Assembly (NCBI RefSeq): GCF_021028975.2
Contig: NC_059427.1
Span: 16,988,001 to 17,052,000, forward strand
DNA: 64,000 nt
Direction of reading: 5' to 3'
Origin: Sphaerodactylus townsendi
Lineage: Eukaryota
The notes under the pieces were generated by a model that worked only from the letters and a program-made list of their open reading frames with translations, was not told the origin of the DNA and did no database searches. Below, piece by piece: positions 24,540-37,490 of this stretch (positions within the stretch are counted from its first letter, which is position 1; the number at the start of each line of letters is the position of its first letter). The position numbers were made by a program, and so were the translations under genes.

Positions 24540-24950
24540 ATGGAGAGTCCTGTGGAAAGCCTCCACAAAGAAGCCACTTGCTCCATCTGCCTGGAGTATT
24601 TCCAAGATCCCGTTTCTATCCCCTGTGGGCACAGCTTCTGCCGGAGCTGCATCACCTTGTGCTGGAAAGAACGGAACACCAATTTCTCCTGTCCTCAATG
24701 CAGGGAGACTGCCCTGCAGAGAAATTTCAGGCCCAACCGGGAGCTGGGCAATGTGGTGGAAATCACCAAGCGGCTGAATCGTCAAGCCTTGAAAGGGGCA
24801 GGAGGGGAAAAGATGTGCGAGAAGCATCAGGAGGCTCTGAAGCTGTTTTGCAGTGAGGAGAAGAACCTCGTCTGTTATATCTGCAGGGAGTCCCGAGCAC
24901 ACAGAAGCCACACTGTGTTTCCCATTGAGGAAGCTGCCCAGGATTATAAG
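24540..24950 (+). CDS. TRIM-C exon 1 (RING + B-box2)
   Basis: MESPVESLHKEATCSICLEYFQDPVSIPCGHSFCRSC..CPQC..CEKHQEALKLFC..AAQDYK|GTAAC. Confidence 0.94.
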
Positions 24951-27900
24951 GTAACACATAAGGCTGCCTTGTACTGGTTCATTACAGTCAATATTGAATA
25001 GAATGGCTGCGGCTTTCCAGGATCTCAGACTGAGGTTTTTCACATCACCTACTGCTTATTCCTTTTTAACTGGAGATGCCAGGTATTGAACCTGCGTGCA
25101 AAGCAGAGCCTGTTCCATTAAGCCATAGGGCAGACCCTTGAGATAAGCATGTGACATCTGGTAAGCATCCTGATTTGCTGTGGGGGTAATAGTGGTTAAA
25201 AGTGGCACACTCTAATCTGGTGAACCAGGTTTGTTTCTCTGCTCCTCCACATGAAACCTGCTGGGAGATCTTGGGCCAGTCACAGTTCTCTCAGAACTCT
25301 CTCAGCCCTGCCCATCTCACAAGGTGACTGCCATGGGGAGATGAAGGGAAGGTGATTATAAACCCTTTTGAGACATTTCAAAACAGCTTTTTTGTGTGTC
25401 TGGCTCATTCCGCACATGCAGAATAATGCACGTTCAAACTGCTTTCAGTGCTCTTTGAAGCTGTGCGGAATAGCAAAATTCACTTGCAAACAGTTGTGAA
25501 AGTGGTTTGAAAACGCATTATTTTGCGTGTGCGGAAGGGGCCTCTGTCAGCATGAGGATGCTACATTTGGATTATCCTAATAGAGCCTCCTCCACACCAA
25601 AAGGAGTGTGCATGTTAAATTTCTCCTCCTGGGCAGCTTCTACAAGGGGACAAGATATTGTGATTTCCCTGTTGCTGGTGCAGCTATACCTAAAAAACAG
25701 CAGCCACAGAGCTTCCACATGGCAGGTTTCCCCCCAATTTCTCTGCCCCAGTCCCCCAGAACCCTCCAACCACCCATGGCTTTGCAATTTTTAAAAAAAG
25801 GGAAAATTCTACCCATCAAAGATAAATTCAGTCTACTCCATCTCATCAAATTTTTCTTCACAGTATTCCACACTTTTACATAATTATTTTGAAATAACAT
25901 AGAGTTCTTATTTGTTAGCCACTCTCCCAAATACTTTTTCCCACTATGCATCCAGATAATTGAGATAATCTAAGCTGTGATACTTGATCCATGTTTTTAG
26001 TCAATATCTTTGTTTTATTCTAATTCAGTTTAAATCCCGCCAAATCCCCAAATTCTTTTATTTTTCCCAACAAACTTTCAACGTTTTGTACTGGTTCTTC
26101 TAGTGTCATCACTAAATCATCTGTGAAGGCTTTCAGTTTATAATGCTGCTTACCCACTTATTTTTCTCTCTTTCTCACAATACTAGAACCAGGGGGCATA
26201 CATTGAAAATGTACTTGTCGCTACTTTCTTGTCGCTTGTCTTATAATACTCCATCGCATTCAGTATTGTTCTAAGATTGTCTCTCAGATGTCTTTTTGGT
26301 TACCCACCCCCCCTCCCCCCCGATTATCGTGTAGGAAAGTTCTTAAGAAGTTTTTTTAACCTTTTTGCCAAGATTGCTGCCAACAGTTTGTAATCATTAT
26401 TTACAAGAGATATTGGTCTATTTAATATCAGTTAAATCTTGGTCTTCTTTAGATATCAGTTGGCATCTCTCCATGAATCTGGAACCCTCCCTTTTTGTAA
26501 AATCCCATACATAATTTCAAGAAGAGGTTCCATTAATACATCTGCAAAGGTTTCATAATATAATGCAGGTAGCCCATCAGATCCTGGTGATTTATTCAGC
26601 TTTACCTGCTTCAAAACCTCTGTTAGGCCCCTTCCGCACATGCAAAATAATGCGTTTTCAAACCACTTTCACAACTGTTTGAAAGTGAATTTTGCTATTC
26701 TGCACAGCTTCAAAGAGCACTGAAAGCAGTTTGAAAGTGCATTATTCTGCATGTGCGGAATGAGCCTTAGTTCCATAGTTGAGATTGGGCCATTCATTAT
26801 CACTCTTTGCTCTTTGGAAAGTTGTGCTGTCTTGTTCAGCTAAGTACTCCTCTGGTCTCTTTTAGAAGTTAGATGAGCGAGTCTGGTTAACAGCAAAGTT
26901 GTGTGGATTTAAGAGCATGCAAAGTATATGCAGGTAGGGAAGCAGTAATTGTTGACATTGTTTTGTTAAATGAGATTTAACCTACTGGGGAAAAAACTGA
27001 ACAGTTAATTATTATTAATTGAATATATCTCAACATCAGTTTTGTTCTGTTTAGAAGGAAATCTACAGCCGACTCCAGAGTATGAAAGAAGAGAGAGAGA
27101 AACTTCTGGGATTAAAACTCACTGGAGATCTTAGACATCAAGAGTATCTGGTAAATATCTGGTAAATTGATATAGCTTAGCAAGCCATAGATGCTGTAGA
27201 TATGTCCATACATATCTACATTTTGGGTTGCCAACTGCAGGCTGGGAAATTTCTGGAGATTTGGCGGTGAAGCCTGGGTTGAGTTTGGGATGGGGTGGGC
27301 CCTCAGCTGGGTATAATGTCATAGAGAACTGATCTCTGTGGTCTGGAGGTAAGTTATAATTCTGGGAGCTCTCCATGCCCCACCTGGTAGTTGGCAACTC
27401 CAACATACATGATTGTGTCTGAGTGGTCCTTGGATGTCACTGTGTAGCACTCACAATATATGGCATGCACTCCGACCTTGCGTTTATCCTTTGGTAGCTC
27501 GCAGCAGGGAAACAGCAAGATCCCCGCAGATGACAAGCACATATACAAAACCCCTGTTCTAACCAGTGTACCTTTTTAAAGTACTCCTACATCTCAAGTT
27601 GTATATTCAAACATTAAACCATGTGAATAGAATGTAGCCTAAACTCCAAAGAAATTAGATACACTTACATAAACTGAAAATATTATCTTTCTGATTGCAA
27701 AAGAATCTAACATGAACAAGCAGGATGCACAAAAAGACTTTCCTTATGTACGAGTTTACAACAGGCCACTTTTTATCATGCTCGCAAGTAATCTCTGGGT
27801 GTAACACATATGCCTTCATCCTGTCATCCAGTTTCCAACATTTTGTCACACCCTAGGGCAGCGATTCCCACCAGGGTTCCAGGGTTTCCTGGGGTGCCGT

Positions 27901-30900
27901 GAGCATGTCCCAGGGGTACTGCGGCAATGCTACCGGCCCCCCTCACTTTTGTGGTGTCTCCTGCTGGCACCAGCAAGGATATGGAGCTGGCCCAGGGGGC
28001 AGGGCCTACCACAAGGTCAGCAGCCACTTACCCCCACCCCTGTGCTTCCCTTCACCCTGGGAGGGGAAGGTGGGGGGTGACAAGCAGGGGAACTGGGAGG
28101 GGAAAGTGCGGGGAGGATGGCAGGGGTACCGTGAGATATGAAGAGTGAGGTCAAGGGTACTGTGACGTCAAAAAGGTTGGAGAACACTGCCCTAGGGTAC
28201 AACTACACAGTACACTTTCCTGAGGTATGCCCCTGCATCAAGTAAACTGAGTAGTTCCGGAGGCAAGGTGTTCACAGACATCCAGTTCAGTTTGGATTGG
28301 CTCTACAGGATATGGGGAGATGGTATGAATTGCCCAACCTGGGTAGGGAAATTCCTGTGCATTTGATGGTGGAGCCTGGGGAAAGCAGAATTTGGGGAGG
28401 GACCTCAATTGGGTATTATATATATAATGTCATAGAGTTCCATCCTTCAAAGCAGTAATTTTTCTCCAAGGTCAGTATAGTATGGAGATCAGCTGTAATT
28501 CCAGGAGATCTCTAGGCCCCACCTGGTGTTTACCATATTCAAACCATGAATCGTGAGGGGTTTTTGGCTTCTACAAGCATGTTGGCATTTAGTGAAGGGG
28601 ACAGAGACCAGAATTTAAAAGTGTGACTGGAAAGGATAACATACTAGGAGACCATTTGGGTGACTGGTCCACAATTGTGTCCACAATCACACAACTTTAA
28701 AAGAAAATGGCCAAACATCACATACATGTGGTCACTTTAAATCAGAGGTGGGATCGAGCAGGTTCTCACAGGTTCCCGAGAGTAGGTTACTAATTATTTG
28801 TGTGTGCCGAGAGGGGGTTACTAATTGGTGATTTTGCCACATGATTTTTGCCTTAGTTACGCCCCTCCTCTCAGCAGTAGCGCACAGAACTTGAAGCAGT
28901 CTAGCAGGAGGTGCACCGGTGTGCGTGGCAGCCTGCGCCTGCATACATTCGTTTCCCACCCAAGGACCGGCGCAGCAGCTGCATCCTTGCCACAGCCCTG
29001 CCCAGGAATGCCCCGCCCCCTGAATGCCCGGCCATGCCCCCGTCATGCCCTACCCAGCCCCATTGGCACTACGCCACAGTTTGAATCACACCACCATGGG
29101 AACCTGTTACTAAAATTTTTGGATCCCACCACTGCTTTAAATGATTATATTATTAATCATTGGATTCCTAGGGGCCTTAGAATCCAAAAAGCTCCAGCCA
29201 TTTTCAGAGGATGAGTTTAAAAGTAGGTGGGCTGCAATCCTTAACAAATGTTCACACGATCTCATGGTATCGCTCATAGAAAGCGCTATGGAAGCAGTTT
29301 CATTAACAGAGAAATTGATGAAAGTAACATTGGATAAACTTGAAGAGATGGTATCTAGGGAGGAATTTGAAGCCAAAATGAAACATTGGGATTTAGAAAG
29401 CAAAAAAGTCTGTCAGATAAAATCAGGGAGGCTAAAAGAAGGAAAGTTGCCCAGATGATCCTCAGTGGTCTGGGGTGCAGATTTCAGACCTGTAGCTGTT
29501 TAGCAACAGAGTGATTCAATTCCATTTTCTGGGTGCTAGTCCAGAGAACATCTTCAAGACTACATCTTCAAGACTACTTTTTTAGCTTTAGAAGCTTCAT
29601 TATTGTGGGTTGTTAGCATACACACCAAAGATACAGAAGAATTTTTAAAATTTGTACTTGTGATTAGTGATGGAATATAACCTCGTCAAGCTTATGGAGA
29701 TGTGTTGCAGTCCTTCCCACCTGTGAGTTCAGACCTTCCTCCATCCATACCCCACTCACTCTAGTAATGGACACTTCACTAGTATCAAATAGCAGGGTCT
29801 GTGATATTAAATGTGCACTTGGAAGAGCAAGACCACATCAACGCAATAGACAAGGAGTATCTGCATGAGCAAAAAAATGCCAAGCTACCGGACACAATTC
29901 AAATGATTTACAGATCCAAAATTTGAAAAAATAAGAATTCATAGAATCTGTTTTTCTCATTGTTCTGAACCATTGAATCTCATGGTGACTTTTAGGGGTG
30001 GGCCAAAGAACATAAGACACAAGTTCACTGGCATATCCTGAATTTTGCAGTCAGAACTTTGGATATTTTAGTCCTAAAATGTCAGATTTGTTGTTCACTT
30101 ATTTTTGGGAAGTCCATCCGATCTTGCATTCAGGTGACATATTGTTTCAGCTATTCATAAAGAATAGGTTGTGTGTCAGAACAGGATGGTACCCAAGCTA
30201 CCGGACACAATTCAAATGATTTACAGATCCAAAATTTGAAAAAATAAGAATTCATAGAATCTGTTTTTCTCATTGTTCTGAACCATTGAATCTCATGGTG
30301 ACTTTTAGGGGTGGGCCAAAGAACATAAGACACAAGTTCACTGGCATATCCTGAATTTTGTAGTCAGAACTTTGGATATTTCAGTTCTAAAATGTCAGAT
30401 TTGTTGTTCACTTATTTTTGGGAAGTCCATCCGATCTTGCATTCAGGTGACATATTGTTTCAGCTGTTCATAAAACCAAGGGGCTGCTGATCTCCCCAAT
30501 GCGCTGGCTGCTGACCCTTCCTTCTTTTACATCTGTGCATCACAGAAGCAAACAGAATCTGAGAGGCAGAAAGTCACCTCCCAGTTTGAGCAGCTGCACT
30601 ACTTCCTGGAAGAACAGAAGAGGCTCCTGCTGGCTCACCTGAGTGGACTGGAGAGGGAGATCACTCGGCATCAGAAGGAACACGAAGGGGCGTTTGCAGA
30701 GGAAATTGGCTCTCTCAGCGCCCTGATCAGTGAAGTAGAAGAAAAGTGTGGACAGCCAGACAGTGAATTCCTGTGGGTAAGCCTGTCCACTATTGCTTGG
30801 GAATATGTAGGCGTTGTGCAAGGCACACTATGTATGAATATTAGAACAGTTATAAATAAAATTCCCAGATATTATTGCTTAATGCCTGCTTGGTCAGACA

Positions 30901-33900
30901 GAAGTGAGATGGGTATATACACAACACCTTTCAAGAACACACAACACCACAGACAAAATAGAAGGGGGGAGTGTGCAACCATGCAAGGGTTTGGAGGTCT
31001 TTATCCTGATAAGGACCAACAAGACTGCCAGCAGATTAAAAATATATATAATAAAACTGCATCGTGAAAACCACTAATATCACAAGAAGCATGTCATTTA
31101 AACAATTAAAACCAGAGCTAACAGGCTGAGAGGTAGATGTTGAACAAGAAAAGGCGTCAGGCCAGGGGCCAGAAGAAGACACAAGGAACCTGCAATGCTT
31201 GCACACCCAACTCTATCAAGCATAGAGGAGACAATGGTGTTTTTCTGCTGATGAAAAAGGGAGGGAGGATCCCCTTTAAACACCTCCCAGAAAAGGTGAT
31301 GCTGAAGATCTTGAGACCTGCATGGATAAAAGCCATTAGAGACAGGGGCTGGTAATAAGGAGAGTTGGGTGGGATTAAGCCAAAAAGCTATTGGACCCAA
31401 CCCACTACCTCTAGATGTAGCATCTTCTATTACCATAGTCCAGTGACACATCTTGTGAAATCTTTCCTTCTATGCAACTCTGAAAGAAAAGAGATTTCTT
31501 TCCCTTTCAGTCTTTTGGGATTATATAGCAAAAGACTGAAGTAATGATACTGAGCTCTGACCTGCATAGCCCAGGCTAGCCCGATCTCATCAGATCTTAG
31601 AACCTTTTTGAGACCGAGTGCCCAAATTGCAACCCAAAACCCACTTATTTATCGCAAAGTGCCAACACGGCAATTTAACCTGAATACTGAGGTTTTAGTT
31701 TAGACAAATGGTTGGCTCCGAGGCGTGTGTTACTCGGGAGTAAGCTTGGTGGTAAGTCGGTGGCTTTGCTTTGAAGCAACCGTGCAACTCTTCCAATGGG
31801 TGAATCACAACCCTAGGAGGGTTTACTCAGAAGCAAGCCCCATTGCCAGCAACCGAGCTTACTGCCAAGTAAAGGATCGTGCTTTAGTTCTTCGCATGAA
31901 AATCAGTGGGGCTTAACAATACTTAACAGGGTTACCTACACTGTTTCCCCAAAAGTAGTTCTAGGTTTAATGCTAATAATCGTGCCCAGCAGCCCAGGCC
32001 AGCCTAAATGTGGGGGGGGGGGAGGATTTGTTTGCATGTGCCCACAGAGAGGGCTCTGAGTGCCACCTCTGGCACCCATGCCATAGGTTCGCCACCACTG
32101 TCTTAGAAGCTAAGCAGGGTTAGCCCTGATTAGTATTCGGACAAGAAACCACTATGGAAGTCCAGGTTCAGTATGCAGAGGAAGGCAATGGCAAACCACC
32201 TCTGAAGGTCTCTTGCTTTGAAAGCCCTATGGGGTATCCATAAGTCAGTTGTGATTTGATGGCAAAACAAAGCCCCTCCCTTTTTTTACCTTGGCAGCCT
32301 ATAGGCTTTATTATAAATTGATTCAATTGCTTGCCCATCTCTGCCATCACAATTACTGAATACAATTATCCTGAATACAAGTATTCCCAGGTGTCACTTA
32401 ACCTGAATCTTGCCCCACTGATGTTATCTATCTTAGAATAGCCGGCACTTGTCTATTTCTGTATCACTGTATACAGAACTTTCTTGTGTCAACTTTCTGA
32501 ACTTCCTAGTGTCAATCTTCTGAATTTTAATCACATAAAATTATTTCTTTATTTTATTATTTTATTACATTTATACTCTACCCAATTCCCGGCCAAAGTC
32601 AGGCTCAGGGCAACTTACAAGTAAAGGGTTAAAATCAGAGGTGGGATCCAGCAGGTTCTCACCAGTTCCCGAGAGTGGGTTACTAATTATTTGTGTGTGC
32701 CGAGAGGGGGTTACTAATTGGGTCTGCTTTTCCGTTAGAAATTCCATTAGGTCCAAAAATCATAAAGTTCCTTGTTTAAGGAAAGTATCTTTCTTTTGCT
32801 TTCTAGAAACAAAATTAAGTATTTGAAAGTATTAAGTATTTGACAGGCAGTCAATTAGAGGAGAAGTAGTTGTTTCTGTTGGCAGTAGATGATAGGACTT
32901 GCTATAATGAGTTTAAATTATGGACAGAAAGATACCAGGTGGAAATTAGGAACTTTTTTTACAGTAAGAGTTTTTTACAGTAACAGAGAAATTATTAATG
33001 CCCCGCTCCCGGAATGGCCGGCCACGCCCCCGTGATGCCCCGCCCAGCCCCATTGGCGCTACGCCACTGTTTGAATCCCACCACCATGGGAACCTGTTAC
33101 TAAAATTTTTGGATCCCACCACTGGTGAAAATCCACTACAATATCAGATAGAATCACAATTAAAACATTGCAGTATAAATGCAGTTCTAAGATGGTTCTA
33201 TTTTAATCCTTAAAACCAAAGATGGTCACCAATTAATAAATCCCAAACCAGAATATCAATTTCTGTTTCTCCTTTCTATTCTGTTTACTGTGGGGGGGGG
33301 GGGGTTGTGCGAATGGGGGGGCAGATGCACCAGATGAAAGATGCAGATGATGCTGACAATGGTAATATAAACAGAAGACATGGGAGGCTGGCTACTTCAG
33401 ATGAAATACACAATCACAGGACTGATTTACCTGATAACATAAGAGTGTGCATGGGAAATGTCTTTGCAATCATTAAAAAGTGTACAATCTGCTAGCATGT
33501 ATCCTACCTTAGGATGAAGGAAGTACTTCTAGCCTAAGAAACCTTCCTCATACTTAAGTGAGTCTTCTACTAAAGGAAGAACCTCTTAAGTTGGAGGAAG
33601 ATATCAAACTTTGCTCAATGGAGTGGTAGAATGCACACCAGTGTTACCAGATGCTCTGTTTGTTGCATATGAGACCATCTTCTTCTGTGATCCGGCAAAG
33701 CAAATGTACACATTTTTTCACATGCATCCACCACAATTCACTTATTTTTCACTGGTTTCCCCCCTCCAAATAATCAGTGGTGTACACCAGTGGGTTTCCA
33801 GTATGGATCTAAAATACTGAGAAAGTAGCTAGAATAGCTGATTCTTGTGGCATGCTCTTTCTCTCCCTAACCCCATTTCATTTTTTCCCTCTAGGATATT

Positions 33901-34301
33901 AAAAACACCATGCGCAGGTATGTGGCACCCTGTGATCGGAGGCACATTTTCCCAGAATGACGCCCACCTTCATTCTGGTGGAGGTGGTTTGTTTGTGACT
34001 GAGAACCCCTGGCTTCTGGTTTTGGGATCAACTGTGCAGCAGCATTTTTGGGATCAAGAATTAAAATTATTGCTATATCAAACATCAACATAATGGAAAT
34101 TATTTTGCTGTTTGTAGGTTTGATAAGAAGCAATTTCAGGCACCCGAGGAAAAGTCAGTTAAGGTGGAAAAGGGATTACGTGAATTCTCTGAGAGGAACG
34201 TTGCTCTTGCAGAAATCCTGAACAACTTCAAAGGTATTGAAGTTTGGCTTCATCATAGATTTGTACTGAACGTTGTGTCAGAAACTTCCATGAGTGACCT
34301 G

Positions 34302-34372
<71 letters not shown>

Positions 34373-36830
34373 TGTATGTGTAAAACTAAATACTTGTTGA
34401 TCGAAAGCTCTTGAAATTATTGCCATTTATTGATCTTTTTGCTGATTTATTGACCTTTTGATAAATGTACAGATTCATTCCTGATTTATGACCAGTTCTC
34501 TTCCTCTGTCTTTTCTGGTATCTCTGTCAGTTCCCTTCCCATTACATCCCAACAGAAAACAGACCCTTCTCATGCATCTGGGCTGAAGGAGCAAACAGGG
34601 CCCTCAGCTCAGACAACATGACTGTTTAAGCATTAAGATACCTCATTTCAGCATTGAATCACTGTTTACAAATAACATATCACTTCTCTTCTTTTAGACA
34701 CTCTGCCGTCAGAAATGGGAACAGAATGGGGTAAGTATCTGGTCTAACCCTTGCAAAAAGACAGGTCTGCTTCTATAAGCAATGGATTATTTGGAGTGCA
34801 GATCCCAAATGTAATACGTGTCCTGTTTACATCCAGATAAGATTACTGCAACGTGCCTTATGTGGAGCTGCTCAGAGCCTGCTCTTGAAGTGTTCAGAAA
34901 CTTTGGTTGGTGCAGAATGCTGCAGCCAGGATGTTGACTGAAGTGAGCGGGCTTAGACTAGACCAGGGGTAGGGAATCTGTGGCTCGAGAGCCACATGCG
35001 GCTCTTCTGCCCTTGCACTGTGGCTCCACGAGCCGAGCCGCCAGCCCCATCCTTGCCCGCCCTGCAGGCAGCAGGGCAGGCGCACCAACTGCCCATGGTC
35101 GGCTGGGCCGCACCGTGGGCTTCCCCTCTTGCCCCCCCCCCCCCGTTGGAGCGGGGCGGGCGCTTTCCCAGCAGCCGGCGAGGCTGAGCCGCCGGCTTCA
35201 TCCTTGCCTGCCCTGCAGGCAGCAGGGCGGGAGCATCCATGTGCTTCTCAGAATGAGCGGAGTCAAAGGTAACCCCCCCCCCATATATATATAGTGTTAT
35301 CTTTATTTTAAATGTCAAAAATTATTTGCGGCTCCAAGTGTTTTCTTTTCCTGTGGAAAACGGGTCCAAATGGCTCTTTGAGTGTTAAAGGTTCCCTACC
35401 CCTGGACTAGACTAACTCTCCTTAGGACTGCATTGTGTATCACCCTAGCCCAGTGATTAAGCATGTAATCCCATGGCCACGGGTGCCCAGAGGTGTGCAC
35501 CTCTTTTCGAGCCCCTCTCTGTGGTGCATCGCACACAGAGTTTGTCATGTGGGGGGCGGAAAATCACACACCCCACACAAACATCTAGGCTGGCCTGGGC
35601 CACTGAGCACAACATGCGCGCACCGCGGTGAGCAGGGAGGACTCGGCTGGCGGGCCTGGTGCCTGTGCTCTGGGTGACTGCTGCCCGAGGGGAGAGGGGC
35701 AGAGGAGACAGAGATGCTAGAGAGGCACAGAGTGGTGCATGCAGGACTTGCTGGAGGCTAGACCAGGCTATCCCCCACTCGAGCAGGTGGGGAGGAGGAA
35801 GAGGGAGCCAACCGTTTTTTTCTAAACTAAAACCTCAGCATTCAGGTTAAATTGCCAGGTTGGCACTTTGCAATAAATAAGTGGGGTTTGGGTTGCAATT
35901 TGGGCACTCGGTCCCAAAAAGGTTCGCCATCACTGCCCTAGCCTTAGCCTTCCTACACTGGCTATCCTTCAAACTCTGCCCTACCTAAACATTGCCCAAA
36001 ATCCCCAGGAGTTTCCCGAAAGGGAGTTGGCATTCCTAGAGCCATTTCTCACCTGCCCACAAAGCTGCTTTTTGAAGCTAATTACAGGTCAAGGGATTTG
36101 ATGCAAAAAGTTCTGTACCAAATGAGGTTAGCTCAGCATTGCAGAAGGAGCTTTTGGATTCTTGTGTCACCTGTGGAACTTTCTTGCAATTCACAGACAT
36201 GTAGTATAAGTGAAACATTCATACGCTCTATCCCAAGATAATTCACTTTCAGTTAGAACGCAGACAAGCAAGTAGTTTCCCCTTACAGAATGTCAATTCC
36301 CTTCCTTTCTTTTTCCAGTCAATGTAACCTTGGATCCAGACACAGCAAACCCCCAAGTTATAATTTCTAAGGACCGAAAAAGCGCCAGATGGGATGTCAC
36401 CAGGACCGATGTCACGCCTAGCACAAAGCGATTTAAGTCCTCTTGCTGCGTGCTGGCTTCGGAAGGTTTCACATCTGGAAGACATTACTGGGAAGTCAAC
36501 GTGGAAGACGGAGGCATCTGGGTCGTAGGGGTAGCCAGAGGATCTGTGGGGAGAAAGATGGAGCTGAAGTTGACCCCAGAGGAAGGGATCTGGGCCTTGC
36601 AAGGAGATTTTGGTCAATATCATGCTCTCACCATCCCCGTGACCCCCTTGTCTCTCAGCTACACCCCCAGGAAGATCCGAGTGTTTCTTGACTACGAGAG
36701 AGGGCAGGTGGCCTTTCTAAATGCTGACACAAAGGATTCAGTCTTTACTTTTGCATCAATTTCATTTGCTGGAGAGGTGATCTTCCCCTTTTTTAAAGTG
36801 CTGCTTTCCCAGCTGACGCTCGATGGCTGA
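24540..36830 (+). CDS. TRIM-C: RING/B-box/coiled-coil/PRY-SPRY E3 ligase (TRIM27/39-like), ~473 aa
   Basis: Exons 24540-24950, 27055-27150, 30546-30776, 33895-33917, 34118-34233, 34698-34730, 36319-36830; in frame with canonical splice sites. Confidence 0.92.
25790..26850 (-). mobile_element. L1/Tx1-type LINE RT fragment
   Basis: LNKSPGSDGLPALYY..VPDSWRDAN motif. Confidence 0.75.
27055..27150 (+). CDS. TRIM-C exon 2 (96 nt)
   Basis: KEIYSRLQSMKEEREKLLGLKLTGDLRHQEYL|GTAAAT. Confidence 0.88.
27859..28189. mobile_element. hAT MITE
   Basis: TSD ccctaggg. Confidence 0.8.
28600..29870 (+). mobile_element. Degenerate Penelope-like element ORF
   Basis: DYIINHWIPRGLRIQK / RWAAILNKCSHDLM / YTKDTEEF peptides, split by a hAT insertion. 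Confidence 0.55.
28743..29134. mobile_element. hAT element (same family) inserted in a Penelope-like ORF
   Basis: TSD ctttaaat. Confidence 0.88.
29880..30473. repeat. ~281-bp direct duplication (offset 313 bp)
   Basis: 29880-30160 vs 30193-30473, with only a few substitutions. Confidence 0.9.
30546..30776 (+). CDS. TRIM-C exon 3 (231 nt)
   Basis: KQTESERQKVTSQFEQLHYFLEEQ...CGQPDSEFLW|GTAAG. Confidence 0.92.
31555..32265 (+). mobile_element. 5S rRNA-derived SINE (5S-Sauria-like), split by a hAT
   Basis: cccgatctcatcagatcttagaa|gctaagcagggttagccctgattagta plus gaggaaggcaatggcaaaccacctctg tail. Confidence 0.75.
31603..32100. mobile_element. Same hAT family, nested in a 5S-derived SINE
   Basis: TSD tcttagaa; left TIR truncated. 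Confidence 0.8.
32636..33124. mobile_element. hAT element (related subfamily)
   Basis: TIRs cagaggtgggatcc/ggatcccaccactg; TSD gttaaaat/gtgaaaat. Confidence 0.85.
33895..33917 (+). CDS. TRIM-C exon 4 (23 nt)
   Basis: ctctag|DIKNTMRR|GTATGT. Confidence 0.85.
34118..34233 (+). CDS. TRIM-C exon 5 (116 nt)
   Basis: FDKKQFQAPEEKSVKVEKGLREFSERNVALAEILNNFK|GTATT. Confidence 0.88.
34303..34368. repeat. (CT)n microsatellite
   Basis: Seen directly in the sequence. Confidence 0.95.
34698..34730 (+). CDS. TRIM-C exon 6 (33 nt)
   Basis: ttttag|(D)TLPSEMGTEW|GTAAGT. Confidence 0.85.
34964..35404. mobile_element. hAT MITE
   Basis: TIR caggggtaggga; TSD gactagac. Confidence 0.85.
35451..35935. mobile_element. 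Same hAT family, opposite orientation
   Basis: TSD ccctagcc. Confidence 0.8.
36319..36830 (+). CDS. TRIM-C exon 7 (PRY-SPRY)
   Basis: VNVTLDPDTANPQVIIS..TSGRHYWEVNV..IRVFLDYERGQVAF. Confidence 0.95.
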
Positions 36831-37042
36831 CGGGAACACCTGTCAGAGATCAGTTCAGATCTTTTTGTCATATAAATGTCATGGGCAAAATGGGAGGATT
36901 AAACCCAACCTTCGGTGCATGTTTATACAGAGCTGTAAAGTGGGGACAGAAATATGTTTTATTGATTGGGAATTAAGGAGTGGCAGTCATTCTGGATTTA
37001 AAGCAGATCACAAAGGTATAAGGCATTAGATACTGATAGGAC

Positions 37043-37490
37043 CAGTGGCGTATTTGCCTAGGGACAGGGGGTACCCTCTGTCCCCGGGCGCCACTGATCT
37101 GGTCACATGCAGGGCGCAAAATCAGCCCCCCCACGTGTCCAGGAAGACGGCAAGGCAGCAGGAAGTCCTGCTGCCTTGTCATCTTCTGGCACCCTCGGCC
37201 CCACACATGTCATCATCAACAAGGAAGTTAGAGGACCCCCCAAGCCTTGCCCCCCTCCCAGTTGCTGGCTCCCCCCCCAAGGCCCGCCTCCTCCTTATAA
37301 AAGCAAAGGCCCCAGTAGGGAGCCTTCCAGTTGCTTCTGTCCTCCCCAGAGGGGAGGGCAAAATAGGGACTGCCGGCTTGGAGCCGGCAATCGGGAGGGG
37401 GCAGGGCTCAGGGGTGGGCCCTGCCCCAGGCAAAGTGCCCCCCCGGAGAACGGATGTCTCCAGGCACCATTTCACCCTGGTATGCCTCTG
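37043..37490. mobile_element. hAT-like MITE downstream of the TRIM-C stop
   Basis: TSD gataggac; related copy in opposite orientation at ~14740-14982. Confidence 0.8.
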
